A stretch of DNA of 40,752 bases from Verrucomicrobiota bacterium (GTDB taxonomy: Bacteria; Verrucomicrobiota; Lentisphaeria; Lentisphaerales; Lentisphaeraceae), in assembly GCA_039798785.1 (NCBI GenBank), contig JBDKFG010000042.1:1-40752 (forward strand), in the 5' to 3' direction. The position numbers were made by a program, and so were the translations under genes. Numbering within the stretch: the stretch's first letter is position 1; every line of letters begins with the position of its first letter. This document shows positions 38,679-40,752 of the stretch, piece by piece. The notes beneath the pieces were generated by a model. It did no database searches and had not been told where the DNA came from. It saw only the letters and a list, made by a program, of their open reading frames with translations.

Positions 38679-40652
38679 ATGATCTTTGAAGAAATCATTC
38701 TCCACAACATCGGCGTCTTCAAGGGCGAGCATCGCGTCGCCCTGGCCCCGCCGAAGAAGAGCCAGCCGATCATCCTGATTGGCGGCATGAACGGCGCCGG
38801 CAAGACCACCTTCCTCGAATCGCTGCAGCTCGCCCTCTATGGCAAAATGGCGACAGCTGGCCGAATGAGCGGCCTCAGCTACGAAGAGTATCTGCGCCGA
38901 CTGATCAACCGCCAGACGCCAGCCAAGCAAGGCGCGGCGGTGACCCTGACCTTCCGCATCCACGAAGAAGGCAAGGAACGGCGCTACGCCGTCAAACGCC
39001 TCTGGGCGGAGAGCGGCTCGCGAATCAAGGAATCTGTCCAGGTCGCGATCGACGGGGAATACGACGAGGTGGTGAGCGAGACTTGGCAGGAGCGTGTCGG
39101 GCGCTTCATCCCGCACCAGATGGCGCATCTCTTCTTCTTCGACGGCGACCGCATTGAAGCGCTTGCGGACCCCGCAAAATCGGCGGAAGTGCTGCGCACC
39201 GCGATCGACGCACTGCTCGGCGTCGACTTGGTGGACATGTTGTGCAACGACCTCAAGGCCTTGAAGCAGAAGGCGACCAAGGACAAATCCAGCGACAAGG
39301 GCAAGGAGAAGCTGGACGGCATGGAGGCCCAACTGGCCGGACTGGCGGCCAAGCTCGAGGACGCCAAGCAGGATCAGGCGCAGGCCTTGACCGAGCTTGA
39401 GCGCACCCAGAAAAAGCTGGCCGAACTGGACAAGAACTATCGTGAACAAGGCGGCGAACTGGCCGAGAAAGAAGCCCTCATGCGCCGCGAGCGCGACGCT
39501 CAGGAACGCGAGCGCGACAGCCTCGGGCGGCAACTGCTGGATCTCGCCACTTTGGACCTGCCGCTCAACCTCTGCCGCAGCCTGATCGAAGCGACTTTGG
39601 AGCAATGCCGCCAAGAGGCACTGGTCAACGAAGGCGAACGCCTGAACCAGGCGGTGCAGGGCAAGATGGCCGGGCTCTTAAAGCGCTTGAAGTCCCTGGG
39701 ACTTGACGCGCCGATGCTGAAGAAGGTGAAGGCTGAGATTGAAGCCGGCCTCCTCGACGCGGATGAGAGCGCGGTGCAACGCTATCTCTTGCTGAGCAGC
39801 AGCGGCGAAGGTCGTTTGAGCAGTCTGATCAGCGAAGGACTGAACGAACAGCAAGCCCGCGGCAAAGCCCTGGTGGCGGAGTTCCGCGCGGCCAGTGAGA
39901 AGGTCGACAATCTCGAGCGCAAGCTCGCCGCCGTGCCCGATGCCGGTTCGCTGGCAAATTTGCTTCAGGAACGCGAGGCTTTGCGCACCAGCGCCACCCA
40001 GCTGAGCACCCGCAAGGAATTGCGCGGCACGCAAATTCTCGAACTGGAGAAAGAGCACAGCGGGATCAGCACCAAGCTCAATCGACTCTACGAAGATGAG
40101 CACCGCAAGCAAATCGAGGACGCCGATATCGAGCGCCTCGGCATCCACAGCGAGCGGGTGGTGAACGCATTGAAGCGCTTCCGCGCCAAGGTGACCGAGA
40201 AGCACACCCACCGCCTCGAAGAGCTCATCCTGGAGAGCTTCCGCGCCTTGCTGCGCAAAGAAGGAATGATTGCCGGCATCGAGATCGAGCCGCAGACCTG
40301 TGCAGTCACCCTGCGCGATGGCCTCGGGCGCATCGTCAGCCCCGAACGCCTTTCCATGGGCGAACGACAGCTCCTCGCCGTCGCGATGCTCTGGGGCATG
40401 GCGAAGGCTTCTGGACGTCCACTGCCGGTGATCATCGACACCCCGCTCGGCCGTCTTGACAGCGAACACCGCAGCAAGCTGGTTGACCGCTATTTCCCGA
40501 AGGCCAGCCACCAGGTCTTCCTGCTCAGCACCGACGAAGAAATCAAAGGTGAATACCTTGAGCGCCTCGGCAAATCCATCGGTCGCAGCTACGCGATTGA
40601 GTTCGACAACAAGACCCAGAGCAGCCGCATCCGCGAAGGCTATTTCGCTTAA
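38679..40652 (+). CDS. dndD: DNA sulfur modification protein DndD (SMC-like ATPase)
   Basis: PIILIGGMNGAGKTT, LFFFDGDRI, long coiled coil, LSMGERQ, IIDTPLGRLDSEHR, YFPKASHQV, LSTDEE; dndC upstream. Confidence 0.93.
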   Translation: MIFEEIILHNIGVFKGEHRVALAPPKKSQPIILIGGMNGAGKTTFLESLQLALYGKMATAGRMSGLSYEEYLRRLINRQTPAKQGAAVTLTFRIHEEGKERRYAVKRLWAESGSRIKESVQVAIDGEYDEVVSETWQERVGRFIPHQMAHLFFFDGDRIEALADPAKSAEVLRTAIDALLGVDLVDMLCNDLKALKQKATKDKSSDKGKEKLDGMEAQLAGLAAKLEDAKQDQAQALTELERTQKKLAELDKNYREQGGELAEKEALMRRERDAQERERDSLGRQLLDLATLDLPLNLCRSLIEATLEQCRQEALVNEGERLNQAVQGKMAGLLKRLKSLGLDAPMLKKVKAEIEAGLLDADESAVQRYLLLSSSGEGRLSSLISEGLNEQQARGKALVAEFRAASEKVDNLERKLAAVPDAGSLANLLQEREALRTSATQLSTRKELRGTQILELEKEHSGISTKLNRLYEDEHRKQIEDADIERLGIHSERVVNALKRFRAKVTEKHTHRLEELILESFRALLRKEGMIAGIEIEPQTCAVTLRDGLGRIVSPERLSMGERQLLAVAMLWGMAKASGRPLPVIIDTPLGRLDSEHRSKLVDRYFPKASHQVFLLSTDEEIKGEYLERLGKSIGRSYAIEFDNKTQSSRIREGYFA

Positions 40653-40752
40653 CCTGAACTTCCCCCGGATTCAAGCTCAAGCCATCAGTCTCCGAGCTTG
40701 TTTTGTTCCCATGTAAATCATGTCATAATGCTTTGACTTTTTTCGGTGTCGA

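Noticed and set aside
38679..40652. SbcC/SMC/RecN assignment
   Set aside because: IDTPLGRLDS.HR and YFP.ASHQV motifs plus the dndC neighbour fit DndD better
40653..40752. dndE expected after dndD
   Set aside because: No recognisable start of dndE in the remaining 100 bp; cannot be judged beyond the window edge

Overview
GC-rich bacterial chromosome segment, probably from the PVC superphylum (inferred from gene content, e.g. a C-terminal FGDGHVE motif protein and dense REP families). About 1-30 kb is mostly housekeeping: cstA/ybdD, gatB, serpin, lysS, rbfA-truB-ribF, ruvC, ygfZ-TPR, hpt, waaA, adk, gyrB-gyrA, aroB. It is interspersed with REP/REPIN palindromes and an apparently intact REP-associated tyrosine transposase (RAYT) that carries its own REPs in frame. 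From about 30.2 kb to the end lies a rearranged DNA-phosphorothioation (dnd) defence island. In order it holds a 3'-truncated PLD-helicase, a coupled methyltransferase / membrane protein / SBD-HNH-S24 operon, a two-cassette integron remnant without integrase, and a 5'-truncated dndC. The SBD-HNH-S24 gene looks like a phosphorothioate-reading nuclease fused to a LexA-type autopeptidase. A 2.8-kb insert (NYN RNase behind a structured leader, a ParE-type toxin-antitoxin pair) follows, then an intact dndD. All family calls come from motif recognition by eye; no searches were run.
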